Shown here: positions 26,901-40,189 of the stretch, in pieces
How positions within the stretch are numbered: position 1 is the first letter of the stretch
How the letters are laid out: each line of letters starts with the position of its first letter
Assembly (NCBI RefSeq): GCF_001194135.2
Contig: NC_068985.1
Span: 57,084,866 to 57,148,789, forward strand
From: Octopus bimaculoides
Taxonomy: Eukaryota
Direction of reading: 5' to 3'
Length of the DNA stretch: 63,924 bases
Made by a program: the position numbers and the translations under genes
Notes under the pieces: model-generated
What the model saw: only the letters and a program-made list of their open reading frames with translations
What the model was told of the DNA's origin: nothing
Database searches by the model: none

Positions 26901-27909
26901 TAGTTCGTCTTGCCTTCACAGCGGCTGGAGTGAAAAGAAAGTTGACCACAGGTCACACGAGAGCAGAGAGGATGGTGTATATATATGTTTATACGCATAG
27001 ACGCACGCGCACACGTGCTTATTTTTAGAGATGGGGATGCAGAATGCAGAAGAAAATGCCTCAATCTCTTGTTTTATTTTATTATATTTATAAATTTCCA
27101 TCTTCACCTTTACTTCTTAAGCTTGGAATTTTGACTGAAATTTCAGACACTAGTTGTTTTTCCTATTCATTTTTTTTTTCATGAGAATCTAAACTATCTG
27201 TCTCTGCAGAACATTTCGTCTCTACAGCATAAAATCTCCCATTAGCTGCATTGAATTTTTCTCTTGTTCTAGTTAAATTGTCATTGTTTCTCAATAAATT
27301 GCCCCATCAGCTACCTTAATGCTTTTTGGGGGAGAAAAACATCTTAAATTCACGCCACCATACCTCTCATCTGCATATAATAGAGTCGACATATTTGCAA
27401 TTGTTTTAGAGCATTGTTCTATTATTGGCGACTAACAGTCATAATTCTTTTCTTCCAAATTTCTTTTCCCTCTCTCAGTTTCCCGTATCCTCTTCTATTT
27501 CGTCTTCCTCTTTCATCTTCTTCCAACTTCCCTTTGCTTTCCACTTCCTTTCCTCTCAAGCCATTTCGTTAAACACATTTACTCCCAGTTTCATACAAGT
27601 TTTACACCACATTCTTCATTATTTTATATAACGGATTTCATTTGTTACTTACGTCATTTAGTACAAAGAAAAAATTTCCAAACGAACTGGTCATTTGGTT
27701 AAAAATCGTCGAATATCATATTTCTACTCTTACGAAAGTGTGTTCTGAATATGTGATACCTTCCATAACATAATCAGGTTTATCACTCACTCACTCACTC
27801 GCTCACTCACAGATTCAATCAATCACACATTCAATCAATCACTCACTCACTATCTGTCTGTCCCTCTCTTCTTTCTCTTACAACACACTTACGCACACGC
27901 ATGCACCAT

Positions 27910-27958
<49 letters not shown>

Positions 27959-28974
27959 NNNNNNNNNNNNNNNNNNNNNNNNNNNNNNNNNNNNNNNNNN
28001 NNNNNNNNNNNNNNNNNNNNNNNNNNNNNNNNNNNNNNNNNNNNNNNNNNNNNNNNNNNNNNNNNNNNNNNNNNNNNNNNNNNNNNNNNNNNNNNNNNNN
28101 NNNNNNNNNNNNNNNNNNNNNNNNNNNNNNNNNNNNNNNNNNNNNNNNNNNNNNNNNNNNNNNNNNNNNNNNNNNNNNNNNNNNNNNNNNNNNNNNNNNN
28201 NNNNNNNNNNNNNNNNNNNNNNNNNNNNNNNNNNNNNNNNNNNNNNNNNNNNNNNNNNNNNNNNNNNNNNNNNNNNNNNNNNNNNNNNNNNNNNNNNNNN
28301 NNNNNNNNNNNNNNNNNNNNNNNNNNNNNNNNNNNNNNNNNNNNNNNNNNNNNNNNNNNNNNNNNNNNNNNNNNNNNNNNNNNNNNNNNNNNNNNNNNNN
28401 NNNNNNNNNNNNNNNNNNNNNNNNNNNNNNNNNNNNNNNNNNNNNNNNNNNNNNNNNNNNNNNNNNNNNNNNNNNNNNNNNNNNNNNNNNNNNNNNNNNN
28501 NNNNNNNNNNNNNNNNNNNNNNNNNNNNNNNNNNNNNNNNNNNNNNNNNNNNNNNNNNNNNNNNNNNNNNNNNNNNNNNNNNNNNNNNNNNNNNNNNNNN
28601 NNNNNNNNNNNNNNNNNNNNNNNNNNNNNNNNNNNNNNNNNNNNNNNNNNNNNNNNNNNNNNNNNNNNNNNNNNNNNNNNNNNNNNNNNNNNNNNNNNNN
28701 NNNNNNNNNNNNNNNNNNNNNNNNNNNNNNNNNNNNNNNNNNNNNNNNNNNNNNNNNNNNNNNNNNNNNNNNNNNNNNNNNNNNNNNNNNNNNNNNNNNN
28801 NNNNNNNNNNNNNNNNNNNNNNNNNNNNNNNNNNNNNNNNNNNNNNNNNNNNNNNNNNNNNNNNNNNNNNNNNNNNNNNNNNNNNNNNNNNNNNNNNNNN
28901 NNNNNNNNNNNNNNNNNNNNNNNNNNNNNNNNNNNNNNNNNNNNNNNNNNTGTGTGTGTGTGTGTGTGTGTTGT

Positions 28975-29330
28975 CCCTCCATGCTTTTTCTGTTTTTTTT
29001 TCATTTATTCCTTGTATAAATTTTTCTTTACACAATTTTCAGTTTTGATGGTGTCGGCCTTCTTTGTGTGTTTAAATAGTGGCTCCACGGCATTTGTTAT
29101 ATACCAATCTAGGCTGTTTTCCCCTGCTTCGATACAGTCCTGGCAACTGATCAAACGTCTCCCACCCTTTCTTCTGGACAAGTACAGCCTATCGGCGTCA
29201 CTCTCAGGGTGGAAGGCTCCGTGTACTGTCAACATATTTCAGGTCTTCGTATCCGTTTACTTCATTTCTCTCTTTTGCCAGTTCTCTGAGGCTGGCTCAC
29301 TTCATTTCACAGCAACATCTGATTGATGGT
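28975..29330 (-). mobile_element. R4/Dong-like LINE fragment
   Basis: MLTVHGAFHPESDADRLYLSRRKGGRRLISCQDCIEAGENSLDWY. Confidence 0.85.
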
Positions 29331-29369
29331 CGAAATAAAGAACTACCTATCGTAATTATTTAGCATCGT

Positions 29370-30015
29370 ATCGTACGTTCAGACCATCAAGGATGCCCAC
29401 TCTCCCGCTTCTGCATGTGCTGGCTATCGACCGAATGCTATGGAAGTTGGATATGTTTCGAGGGGCATCCCACGTGAACAAGGATGCAGAGGGTTCGTGT
29501 CGACTTATGCGGAAGATATCGCAGGAATATTGATGGGAATCTCTGAGATATAGGTGATCAACACTTCCCTAAAAGGAACACGAAGCGGTGACAGGCGCAA
29601 AGATTCGCTAGGATATGTCGGTTGACTAGCAGCTCGGGATCTGGAGAGGCAGGCCTGTGGCAACTGACAGGACTGGTGATATTGCGCGAGGTTTGGTTTC
29701 GTCTGGATATCCAGATGGACAAGTGTCGGGAGGAGGGAAAGAGCACGGTAACAAGCCTCATTCAGAAACGGGCAGAGTCAAAACTGTCTCTCAATGGTCG
29801 GACGGAAATGGATTATGCGTACATCACATCCGCCATCTTCTACCGCCTAACCGTTGTCCCATGCCTTGCTTCGTAGCTTACTAAGCTGGAGCGCTCTCTT
29901 TTCCACTTTCTGCGAATGAGATGTGTTCCATTCGTCAGACGATCCATACTCTATTGGCAGCCACTGAGTAGAGGAATGGACATGCCATTGCTAATCATGT
30001 GCAGAGGCTACAACA
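29370..30015 (+). mobile_element. L1-Tx1 LINE reverse-transcriptase fragment
   Basis: HQGCPLS..LLHVLAI..WKLDM..STYAEDI (YADD equivalent), AVTGAKI, SKLSLNGRTE..IFYRLTVVPC..LTKLERSLFHFL. Confidence 0.85.
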
Positions 30016-30059
30016 TCTTCAGCATTTCTTTAATGTATTTCGTCTGCGGCTACGTTCTG

Positions 30060-30193
30060 AGTGGTCGACTTTGCCTGTTGTCCTTTCGAGTTCGATAAAT
30101 CAAGTACCAGTTAAACACTGGGGTCGATTTAATCGACACATCACCTCACACAAAATTGCTGCCTCTTGGCAAAATTTGAAACCATTATTATCA

Positions 30194-30240
<47 letters not shown>

Positions 30241-30301
30241 GTTGTTGTTGTTGTTGTTACTGTTGCTGTTGTTATTGAAGGCGGCGAGCTGGCAGTAGTA
30301 A

Positions 30302-30347
<46 letters not shown>
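30060..30347 (+). mobile_element. SINE family 1 3' part followed by an (ATT)/(GTT)/(GTA) microsatellite
   Basis: gtcgactttgcc..gataaatcaagtaccagtt..ctggggtcgat, then the tail. Confidence 0.75.
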
Positions 30348-30348
<1 letters not shown>

Positions 30349-30734
30349 CCGAGCTAGCAGAATCTTTGGAGTATTGGAATAAAGGTCATGCAGCATTTGT
30401 TCCATGTATTGACTTCAAATCCCGCCGATATGGACTTTGCTGTACCTGTTTTAGATTCAATGATAGCGACTAATCCCCGACCACTACACACACAAAATTG
30501 GTGATCTTTTACCTACAACAGAATTTTTTGCTGTTGCTACAGTATTTATTACCAAATAGCTTTTTTTACTAAGCTGATACATCGCAGTTTGAAGACAAAA
30601 ATATTCTCAAATGTCAAAGTTCCTTATATTATTGTAAAGTACATAATAGCACTTTACTGTTCATGTCTCACGTGTAGTATGCTTTAACCTCATACGTGTC
30701 AGATTTAACAGTACTCTGTCAAGGCATGGACTCA

Positions 30735-31300
30735 TTGGAAAGTTGCCCAGGGACCGACCAGGTGTAGGGCCCCTATTCTCATCTCTTATGATTTAGTTTT
30801 CTTTCAATAAATATATATCATAGGGCCCACTGACTGATTGTCCGGTGGACTATAATACTGCTAAACCGGTTCTGCTATTCCGACTGCACCACTTCCCATA
30901 GAAATAATTTTCCCTCATGTGGCTCACAATCTCTTCATCCATATGCTTATATCTCGATATTTCTCAATCTCCTGTTTCCTGTTTTCTGGATATCCTCTTT
31001 ATTATTCATTGTTGCAAAGGCTATGATATTGTAATGATTGATATTTTTTTCGTCATAATTGGTTCAATGGAGAACATTATAAATTTTTTCAAGAAAGAAA
31101 TTAATAACATTTATGCGATCACCTCCCTAGAGATCATTAGGTTTGTCACTGATAATTCTTTCATATATTATATTTTCTACGTTATGTTTATTTGGGATTT
31201 TTTAGCACTTCTTCCGGAAGAGCTGGAAAAAAGGACAGTCACAAACATAGTAGTAACGAATAGAGTTTTAAAATATTTGAAAATCATACCGAATATTTTT
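30735..31300 (-). mobile_element. Possible hAT transposon 3' end remnant
   Basis: Minus-strand frames IFKYFKTLFVTTMFVTVLFSSSSGRS and IMFSIEPIMTKKIS..NIIAFATM loosely resemble the hAT dimerisation domain. GGGCCC motifs lie at ~30768 and ~30823. Confidence 0.4.
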
Positions 31301-31540
31301 CAAACAAAACAGATTCAAATAAAGAGAGATAAAACGCAATGATAACGGTTGAACTAGTATAATTATGTACACTGATTTCACAATTGAACAAATATACAAA
31401 TGAAAACTTTTTTACAGTATTAAAATAAATAATGACAAAACAGGTAAAAGGGTTGCAAATATTCCCAACCGTGGAGATTATGTGCATAACTTAACTCCAC
31501 GGAAGGAAGCAAATGCGGTAGCGCCTACTTGTTCGACATA

Positions 31541-31920
31541 TTGTTGTTGTTGGCACTCCGTCGCTTACGACGTCGACGGTTCCAGTTGATCCGATCAACG
31601 GAACAGCCTGCTCGTGAAATTAACGTGCAAATGGCTGAGCACTTCACGGACAAGTGTACCCTTAACGTAGTTCTCGAGGATATTCAGTGTGACAAGGCTG
31701 ACCCTTTGAATTACAGGCACAACAGAAACAGGAAATACGAGTGAGAGAAAGTTGTTGTGAAAGAGTACAGCAGGGTTCGCCACCATCCCCTGCCGGAGCC
31801 TCGTGGAGCTTTTAGGTGCTTTCGCTCAATAAACACTCACACCACCCGGTCTGGAAATCGAAACCGCGATCCTATGACCGCGAGTCCGCTGCCCTAACCA
31901 CTGGGCCATTGCACCTCCAC
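31541..31920 (-). mobile_element. Full-length SINE family 2 with 11-bp TSD tgttcgacata
   Basis: Reverse complement of 13301-13688. TSD at 31530-31540 and 31921-31931. Confidence 0.92.
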
Positions 31921-34867
31921 TGTTCGACATACACATCGTAGGAAACCTATCTTTTGAAAATGATCGACATGTGCTTCAGCTAGAAACGGGAAGATATCCC
32001 AATATCGTTACTGGACCATTGTGAGGAAGAACTCAAAGAGATTTTCACGATGTGTATAAACTATTGACTAAGGTAGATTATATGTAAAAATGTGTCTAGA
32101 CTGTAAAAAAAACAAACAAAATAAAACAGTAAAAAATAGGCATCAAGATTAAGGGAGAGGTTGAAAGTTACTGAACTCCAGGAAAAGGGGGGAGGGAAGC
32201 ATTGTGAAAGGATATTACAAAAGGTAGAGCCTCCTTGCTCGACGAACACTTCGCATAAAAGAATACCATGTGCCTTACCATAGAATAGAACTTCGATTTA
32301 CAGAGACGAAATATACGGGTTACAAGCAAGGGCATTGACGCAGACGTTTGCGGCAAAATAGTGCAGGTAATAAATGGTGGGAGTCAGACTCAATAACTCA
32401 TCTGCCAGGAAATTTCTCTCTGATTACGCAATTCCTTTCCATGACGAATGATGATAAAGCTATCCGGGGGTAGTGGTTTTCTATTGTTAGAACATGTAGG
32501 AATATGAGCAACTTAAGAGTGTTCCACACTATGAAGGAGAGTAAGAACAGAAAGTATAGTCATCAATAGATATGTGCATACAACAGCAACTCCCAGCTAT
32601 CTGGAGACAAAAGCCTCAAACATTCATCAGAATGTAATGTTTTGGTTTTACATCTGCACCGACTTGGCTGATTCATTGCTTTGATAGTTTAATCTACTTG
32701 GTCATTTTAAGACTTCTTATAATCACCTCTAAGAGTGTCTATGCGTGAGTATGCGTATATTTATATATCATAATGAGCGTCAAACGCACACAATCATATT
32801 TCATGTATGTATGTATGTATTATTGTGTGTGTACGTGTGTGTATATGTCTGTATGTGTATATATATATGTATATACGAGCCCAAATATTTCACTGGCGGT
32901 GCCCCAGCATGGCCACAGCCTCAAGGCTGAAACATATAAAAGAATAAAAGAATATGTATTGTTTGACTTCACTCTGCACTCACATATTACCATATGTTCG
33001 GAAACCGTTTGTAACACTTATGAATATATTACCACATGTCGCAAATCAATGAAAAAATTATTATCATTATTAAAATTGTTATTATTGTTATTGTTCTTGT
33101 TGCTGTTGCTGCCGTAGCTGCTGCAGCAGCTGTTGTTGTTGTTATTATTGTTGTTGTTACTTAAGCGTGATTCCGGTACAGCTGTGTGACTAATTAGTAA
33201 GAAATATTTTTGAAAGCAAAACGTGAAAAATTATTTCGAAAAAAAAAAAGAAGATGAAAATAGATCTTAATCACCGCAAATTCAGTGACGTCATTAACCT
33301 ATATTTCTAATATTCAAGAATGTTTACAAAAGAAATGAATTAAAAACGAAGGTAAAAATTTCTTCGTGTCTTGAAGAAAATATGAATATTTTATTTTTAT
33401 TTTCCTTTTTTATTCATTGTTAACATTTTGTTCACAATCATTTAACAGTGTCGTTCTTCCTAATGACTTGGAAGTTTATAAATATTTAAGAAAGACATTT
33501 CAGATACAACTGACGATAATGATACAGCACCACACTTCGTTAGTATATGGTGGTTTTTCCCTCTCTGTAGCCACTGCGTTCTTATACCATATTATTCATA
33601 TTTCAATAGTATATGCGTTTCACTTTCATTTATCTGAAATCAATGGAAGGAAATCGATAAAAATGCATTACTTCACAAGAACAAAAGCATTATGATTTTT
33701 ACAATATATTATTTTATATTTAGTTTTACTTTCAATTGAAATCGAAAGAGAGAAACAGAGAGGGAGAGAGAGTGAGAGAAAGAGAGTGAGAGAGAGAGAG
33801 TGAGAGAGAGAGAGGGGGAGAGAATATGTGTTGGAATGGGGTGGGTGGTGATAGAGAGTTATACTACGGCTTTTTTTTTGTGTCTCAATATCTGTTAAAA
33901 GAATTTCAATAAACGCAGAAATTTCTTGCAGTGAAAACAAAATATCTGATTAAAATCATTGAATTTTGTGTATATTTTGCTACCAAAATTCGCAGATTTA
34001 CTATTTTCAATGTGTTTGTAAACGTAATGTACCAAACAGATGATTGACTTCGCTTTATTATTCTTTTGCTTGTAGTTACATCTAGATTAAAAGAATTTGA
34101 TGACAGTTCAGATATTTGATAATGCTGTATTATGTTTAATAAATAATCTATTTGAGAACCTAAATTATTTGAAATGCTAATTTCTTGTAGATCACATCTC
34201 TGAAATATGCAAATATTCTTTAATAAAGAACGTATAAAATATTAAGAGAAACAGTTATATTGCGCCATGTTTTTAAAATTCAGTAAGAAACATTATATTA
34301 AAAATATTTTCTCATAGAAGAAAATTATTTTACATATAAATGATTAATAATACTAATACCTCCTTCGTTAAATATTAGTTTAATTTTTCTGGCTGTCCGA
34401 TAGATTAATATTTTTACAATATATTTGAAATAAATACGTAGGCACACTGGCACATCTGTGTTTTATTTTAAATTGGTGAGTGTCTTTTAGGGACACGAAT
34501 GAGATTGGTTAAGTTTAATAAGTAATTAAATACATTTCATACTAAGTCTTTATGAGTGATTCTCAAATCCCAAACTGAATAAACCACCGTGGATGAAACG
34601 TTTAGATATGTGCCAACAATCTAAGCAAAATATTAAACACTGCGTCTGTAGTGAGTCTTTCATGCTATTTTTCTCATTTCTAGTTATTTAAAAATACCTA
34701 TCTTTTTCATTGACTGAATATATANNNNNNNNNNCATTAACTGTGTAGTAATGCCTCACGCTTCGAGGGACTAAATGAGTCAAATACTACCCAAAAATAA
34801 GCAACATATTCACTGAAAGCGAGGGAATGCAGCTTTCAAAATTTATCTCTTAAAAACATTTTACTTA

Positions 34868-34945
34868 ACGGTAAACCACTGGTTTCTCAATCAAATACAG
34901 AAAAACTGTGATGTAACCTGTATTCTTTTGTTCATCAGTACACGT
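34868..34945 (-). ncRNA. Type I hammerhead ribozyme (family D, left arm)
   Basis: ACG(T)GTA, CTGATGA, A CAA..GAATACAG/CTGTATTT..TTG A, GAAA, CCAGTGG, TT, cut, TACCGT. GUU site at 34874/34873. Confidence 0.75.
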
Positions 34946-35555
34946 ATGGTCAAGATACATAAAAATAAACAAGAATCAACATACCACGATGTAGCCACCA
35001 CAACACGATGACTTCTGTTCAGAATTATATATCCATGAAAGAGATTTGAATTTATCCGGTTGCACCTCAGTAACATGTTCTTATACAGAATAATATTCAG
35101 CACTGAATATATTCTAATTATTTATAATATAATATAGGATAAATTCTTTATAAGAATTTATCAAGTAGTCAGCGTGAAAAAACCTCATAATGGAAAAATT
35201 AATGAAAAAAATTTCATAATGAAAAAAATCCATCATTTTTTCATAAATATATATAAATCATTTATATAAAGGGCATTAACTGTATAGTAATGCCTCACGC
35301 TTCGAGGGACTAAATAAGTCAAAAACTACAAAAAAATTCATAAATTCTTATAAGGAATTTATCCTATATTATATTATAAATAATTAGAATATATTCAGTG
35401 CTGAGTATTATTCTGTATAAGCACATGTTACTGAGATGCAACCGGATAAATTCAAATCTCTTTCATGGATATATAATTATGAACAGAAGTCATCGTGCTG
35501 TGGTGGTTACATCGTGGTATGTTGATTCTTGTTTATTTTTATGTATTTCGACCAT

Positions 35556-35633
35556 ACGTGTACTGATGAACAAAAGAATGCAGATTACTTCACAGTTTTT
35601 CTGTATTTGACTGAGAAATCAGTGGTTTACCGT
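35556..35633 (+). ncRNA. Type I hammerhead ribozyme (family D, right arm)
   Basis: CTGATGA 35563-35569, GAAA 35615-35618, ATCAGTGGT, GUU site after 35627, stem I 3' strand TACCGT. Confidence 0.7.
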
Positions 35634-36537
35634 TAAGTAAAATGTTTTTAAGAGATAAATTTTGAAAGCTGCATTCCCTCACTTTCAGTGAATATGTTGC
35701 TTATTTTTTGGTAGTTTTTTACTTATTTAGTCCCTCGAAGCGTGAGGCATTACTACACAGTTAATGCCCTTTATATAAATGATTTATTTATATTTATGAA
35801 AAAATGAATTTTTTTCATTATNNNNNNNNNNNNNNNNNNNNNNNNNNNNNNNNNNNNNNNNNNNNNNNNNNNNNNNNNNNNNNNNNNNNNNNNNNNNNNN
35901 NNNNNNNNNNNNNNNNNNNNNNNNNNNNNNNNNNNNNNNNNNNNNNNNNNNNNNNNNNNNNNNNNNNNNNNNNNNNNNNNNNNNNNNNNNNNNNNNNNNN
36001 NNNNNNNNNNNNNNNNNNNNNNNNNNNNNNNNNNNNNNNNNNNNNNNNNNNNNNNNNNNNNNNNNNNNNNNNNNNNNNNNNNNNNNNNNNNNNNNNNNNN
36101 NNNNNNNNNNNNNNNNNNNNNNNNNNNNNNNNNNNNNNNNNNNNNNNNNNNNNNNNNNNNNNNNNNNNNNNNNNNNNNNNNNNNNNNNNNNNNNNNNNNN
36201 NNNNNNNNNNNNNNNNNNNNNNNNNNNNNNNNNNNNNNNNNNNNNNNNNNNNNNNNNNNNNNNNNNNNNNNNNNNNNNNNNNNNNNNNNNNNNNNNNNNN
36301 NNNNNNNNNNNNNNNNNNNNNNNNNNNNNNNNNNNNNNNNNNNNNNNNNNNNNNNNNNNNNNNNNNNNNNNNNNNNNNNNNNNNNNNNNNNNNNNNNNNN
36401 NNNNNNNNNNNNNNNNNNNNNNNNNNNNNNNNNNNNNNNNNNNNNNNNNNNNNNNNNNNNNNNNNNNNNNNNNNNNNNNNNNNNNNNNNNNNNNNNNNNN
36501 NNNNNNNNNNNNNNNNNNNNNNNNNNNNNNNNNNNNN

Positions 36538-36575
<38 letters not shown>

Positions 36576-36743
36576 GTGTGTGTGTGTGTAATTTAAAGTT
36601 AAAGAATTAAGATTTAGAAAGTAGGCGTTAAATGCAGCTTCCAAACCTTGTCTCAGGATGCTTTGCATTCATCACTGGTTCTACGTTCAGAAATTCAAGG
36701 ATGCACATATGGTATTCTCCCTTAACCTATAAGATATGTATAT

Positions 36744-36774
<31 letters not shown>

Positions 36775-37128
36775 CGTGCGTGTGTGTGGGTATAGTTGCG
36801 AGTGTGAAATCAGTTTCACTCCCGTCATATTCCTTTAATTTTCATCGGCGTAAAACAGATCCTCATCTTTAGATTATCTGGTGTGTGTGCGAGTAGTATA
36901 CATTCCTGCATGCACACAAGCACACACACGCATACATACACATGCATGAATTTGCGTACGACAAACAATATTAAAATAACGATGTGTATAATATTTAAAC
37001 TGTATATACAAATAATGAACGGCATTAACGCTCATATTTCTCTGAGAAAATCTGTTTTTAAGACAAGTGTAAAACAGAATGTTATCGGCGAATCGTAGAA
37101 GACGGGATTTCGACATCATAATTGGTCT

Positions 37129-37182
37129 CCTCACTGAAGATCACATGTGGATATTCTAAGCATAACCGAAATATATGTTTGA
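37129..37182 (+). ncRNA. Degenerate hammerhead-like motif
   Basis: TCA CTGAAGA ... GAAA TATATG TT TGA. Stem III resembles families B/C, but stems I and II are weak. Confidence 0.3.
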
Positions 37183-38224
37183 ATATAGGATTCAGTATAC
37201 AGGACATCCAGTCATTTCTGCGAAAGTTGACCAGGCTAGAATTAAATTCACATATGCATTCGAAACATAATTAGATTAAAATAACGATGTCCATATGATA
37301 TATAATGGACATATAAATGTTGAACGATTATAAATGCAATACTTTGTCATAGAGAAACATCTGAAAAATAATTGTGTGTTCTTTAACACGTCTCCTTCAG
37401 AAGGTTTTCGGTGAATCTTTCTATACCTTATTTCGGGCTTAGATCCCTCATTCTAAAACTCTCCCAGATGATCCACCTTCGATGGTTTCAGGGATCCAAG
37501 TATTTTTGAGATACGCGTTTATCTAAGAATTTGCCGATACAAAATATTTGGTTTAACTCGTTGGTGTTTGCTCTGAGTTCAAATAGCGTAGAGGACAACT
37601 TCGTTTTCCTACTTTGGAGTGGATAAATCTATTTCTCTGAAAGGTAGATAGCATTAATGTAATTGCGACGATGTAGCAGGAGATACATTACATTACATTT
37701 TCCGTTTTTTGTTTTGTGTTCTGACGGAAACGCTAACAATCAAAATGGTACCAACTTGTGTACGACCTTGACTCTTCGCCTGGAATAACCAGTGGTTTGG
37801 TGAGGGACGAGCTGCGTATATCTCAGCCAACCTTTTGTAAGACAAAAAAATTCCTAGCTATGCAGCATGGGAATAAATACACACACGTATATACAAATAT
37901 ACGCACATATATATGCATATATACGCACATATATATATATGCATATATATGTATATATTCATATATATATGTATGTGTGTGTGTGTGTGTGTAAGTATAT
38001 ATACTTTCTCAATAAAGCTGCATAAACATCAGTAAAACTGTTACTCAGTGTTTCACGTTACCGTTCGTTGGACAGTTTTCCAGGAACGTAAAACCCTGAG
38101 CAACAGTTTCTGTAATGTCTTAGCAGCTCTATTGATAAAGCACAATACTCAAATTCCGGTAATCGAGGATTATTTTTTCCACCTTGTTTCATATTTATAT
38201 GCTTTCTCTTGGTATATATGTATA

Positions 38225-38272
<48 letters not shown>

Positions 38273-38426
38273 TGTCTGTCTGTCTGTCTTCATGTATGTA
38301 TGTATGAATGTATGTATGTATGTATGTATGTATAGACATGCTTTCTAACTCAAGGTTCTATTGCAGGCAACTTGCCACAGGTCACGTTTTTCGCTAATGA
38401 AGTAAATTTAAGGTTGTCTATGTTAT

Positions 38427-38534
38427 TTAATCTGTTTCTTTTTCTTTTCCTGCGTAAGCTCTGGGTCCTTGATTTTCGTATTCTACAATAGCGTCTTTCA
38501 ATTCACGAATAGAAGCATTCCGATTCCTTTCCAC
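38427..38534 (-). CDS. Possible terminal coding exon of an unidentified gene
   Basis: AG acceptor at 38535-38536, then an open frame VERNRNASIRELKDAIVEYENQGPRAYAGKEKETD* with protein-like composition. No partner exon identified. Confidence 0.3.
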   Translation of the reverse strand: MERNRNASIRELKDAIVEYENQGPRAYAGKEKETD

Positions 38535-39046
38535 CTAATTATTACGCAACAAGTGAGAACTTTTAAAAGATTTTGTTTATCATTATTTATCCATTTAACG
38601 ATAGCTTTTCCTTGTGAAAGGTGAGAACAAAAGATGTAGTATGCTTGCGAAGAGAGATGTAGAGAATGTAAACAGAAAGTTGTCGATCTGTTTCTTTTCC
38701 ACTGTCATAATTTGTTATTTGTTCAAAAACAGAACGAGAAAGGAGCGAAGTTAATTTAAAATTACGCCCAGACTAAGAACTCTCTAAACTATTCTCATCT
38801 TTCTATGGAGAATATCCGTGGCATGTATAATAGCCGGGCATGTATTGTAGGCCGTGTTCTACTTCTGTTAGTTATTAGACGAAGAGATTTGAATCTGCTA
38901 AATTTTAGTGAGGTACCTATTACTCGTGTTTCTTGCAGCATGGATACCAATTTACATAACTACACCTATATACACAAACAGTCATCTTATGCTAAAGTGC
39001 AGGGGCACAGATTCGACTGTATTTAAGTCACCATACATACATAGAT

Positions 39047-39144
39047 GCACACACTCACGTACACACACTCACGTACACACACTCACGTACACACACTCAC
39101 GTACACACACTCACGTACACACATTCACGTACACACACTCACGT
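39047..39144. repeat. Tandem repeat, ~7 x 14 bp (acacacactcacgt)
   Basis: Direct reading of the period-14 array. Confidence 0.9.
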
Positions 39145-39450
39145 ACACGCACACACACTAACGCCCACACACATATATATATATATGTCTGTATGGAGAG
39201 AGAGAAACAGAGAGAGAGAGAGAAAGAGAGGGTGGGAGAGAGATTTATAATAAAAGGAAGGAAAATCAGAGTAGTGTCATGAGGTAACATTTTTACGAAT
39301 ACTGGGCTATGAATTTCATATAAAAAAATGACATATCTTTAAGAAGAAAACTATCCACGCATGCTAAAATTTCGGGGAAGTATGAATCTCGCATGTTATA
39401 TTGAGTCAATTGTACCCACAGAATTTAAACTACACCATGAAATGGAGCCT

Positions 39451-39485
<35 letters not shown>

Positions 39486-39538
39486 NNNNNNNNNNNNNNN
39501 NNNNNNNNNNNNNNNNNNNNNNNNNNNNNNNNNNNNNN

Positions 39539-39580
<42 letters not shown>

Positions 39581-39583
39581 CCA

Positions 39584-39956
39584 AAACGTATATTTACCAA
39601 CTAAGTGTGGCTTCCTATACAGGACAGTGCCACTGATGTTTAGAGCCCCAGGAAGGCATCTTCGTCAGCTGGGTAACGACACACATTCTGTGTCCGATTA
39701 ATATTTGCAAGGGGAGGTCATCACTCCCATCTCTAGCTTTACGAGATACACACGGACTCGAGATTATGGGTGGTTACCCATCCTCATCGTGTTTTAATCA
39801 CCAGCTAGATGGGAGAGATGACCTCCCCTCGCATATAGTAATCGGACACAGAATGTGTATCGTTAGCTAGCAAGAGGATATGTCTTCCAGGGGCTATAAA
39901 CATCAGTAGCACTGTCCTGTAATATGATGCAACACTTAGTTGGCAAATGTATGTTC
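39584..39956. mobile_element. MITE-like fold-back (~155-bp imperfect arms, ~65-bp spacer)
   Basis: 39584-39737 is the reverse complement of 39804-39956 with scattered mismatches. Confidence 0.85.
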
Positions 39957-40189
39957 TTTGTAACAAGTTTCCGGTCACGTTATGGCAGCCAAATTTCACT
40001 GTCAATGATATATAGAATAACAACGTGTTTCCAATTGCTGGTGTTACAAACGGACAGTAATCTTATTTAGAAATACATATTGATGACGGGAACAAAATTA
40101 ATACCAAACTGCAATCTACATATCCAAATTAACGTGGATGTGTTGTCACAACGCCAAATACAGCGGTATTATCCTTGAGCTGTCCTCTC

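Larger units (their letters stand above)
34735..35821. mobile_element. Fold-back element: ~425-bp inverted arms (34735-35160 vs 35341-35768), with a spacer holding a duplicate of the outer end
   Basis: The arms are reverse complements, and the ORF track gives near-identical peptides at 34891-35103(-) and 35398-35610(+). 35210-35335 repeats the arm start plus the reverse complement of 35705-35821. Confidence 0.9.

Noticed and set aside
11886-30405. ORFs with poly-M/I/L/N/Y/V tracts
   Set aside because: Translations of trinucleotide microsatellites, with no coding evidence.
30917-31342. 141-aa hydrophobic plus-strand ORF
   Set aside because: AT-rich, no recognisable motif, and probably antisense to a hAT remnant.
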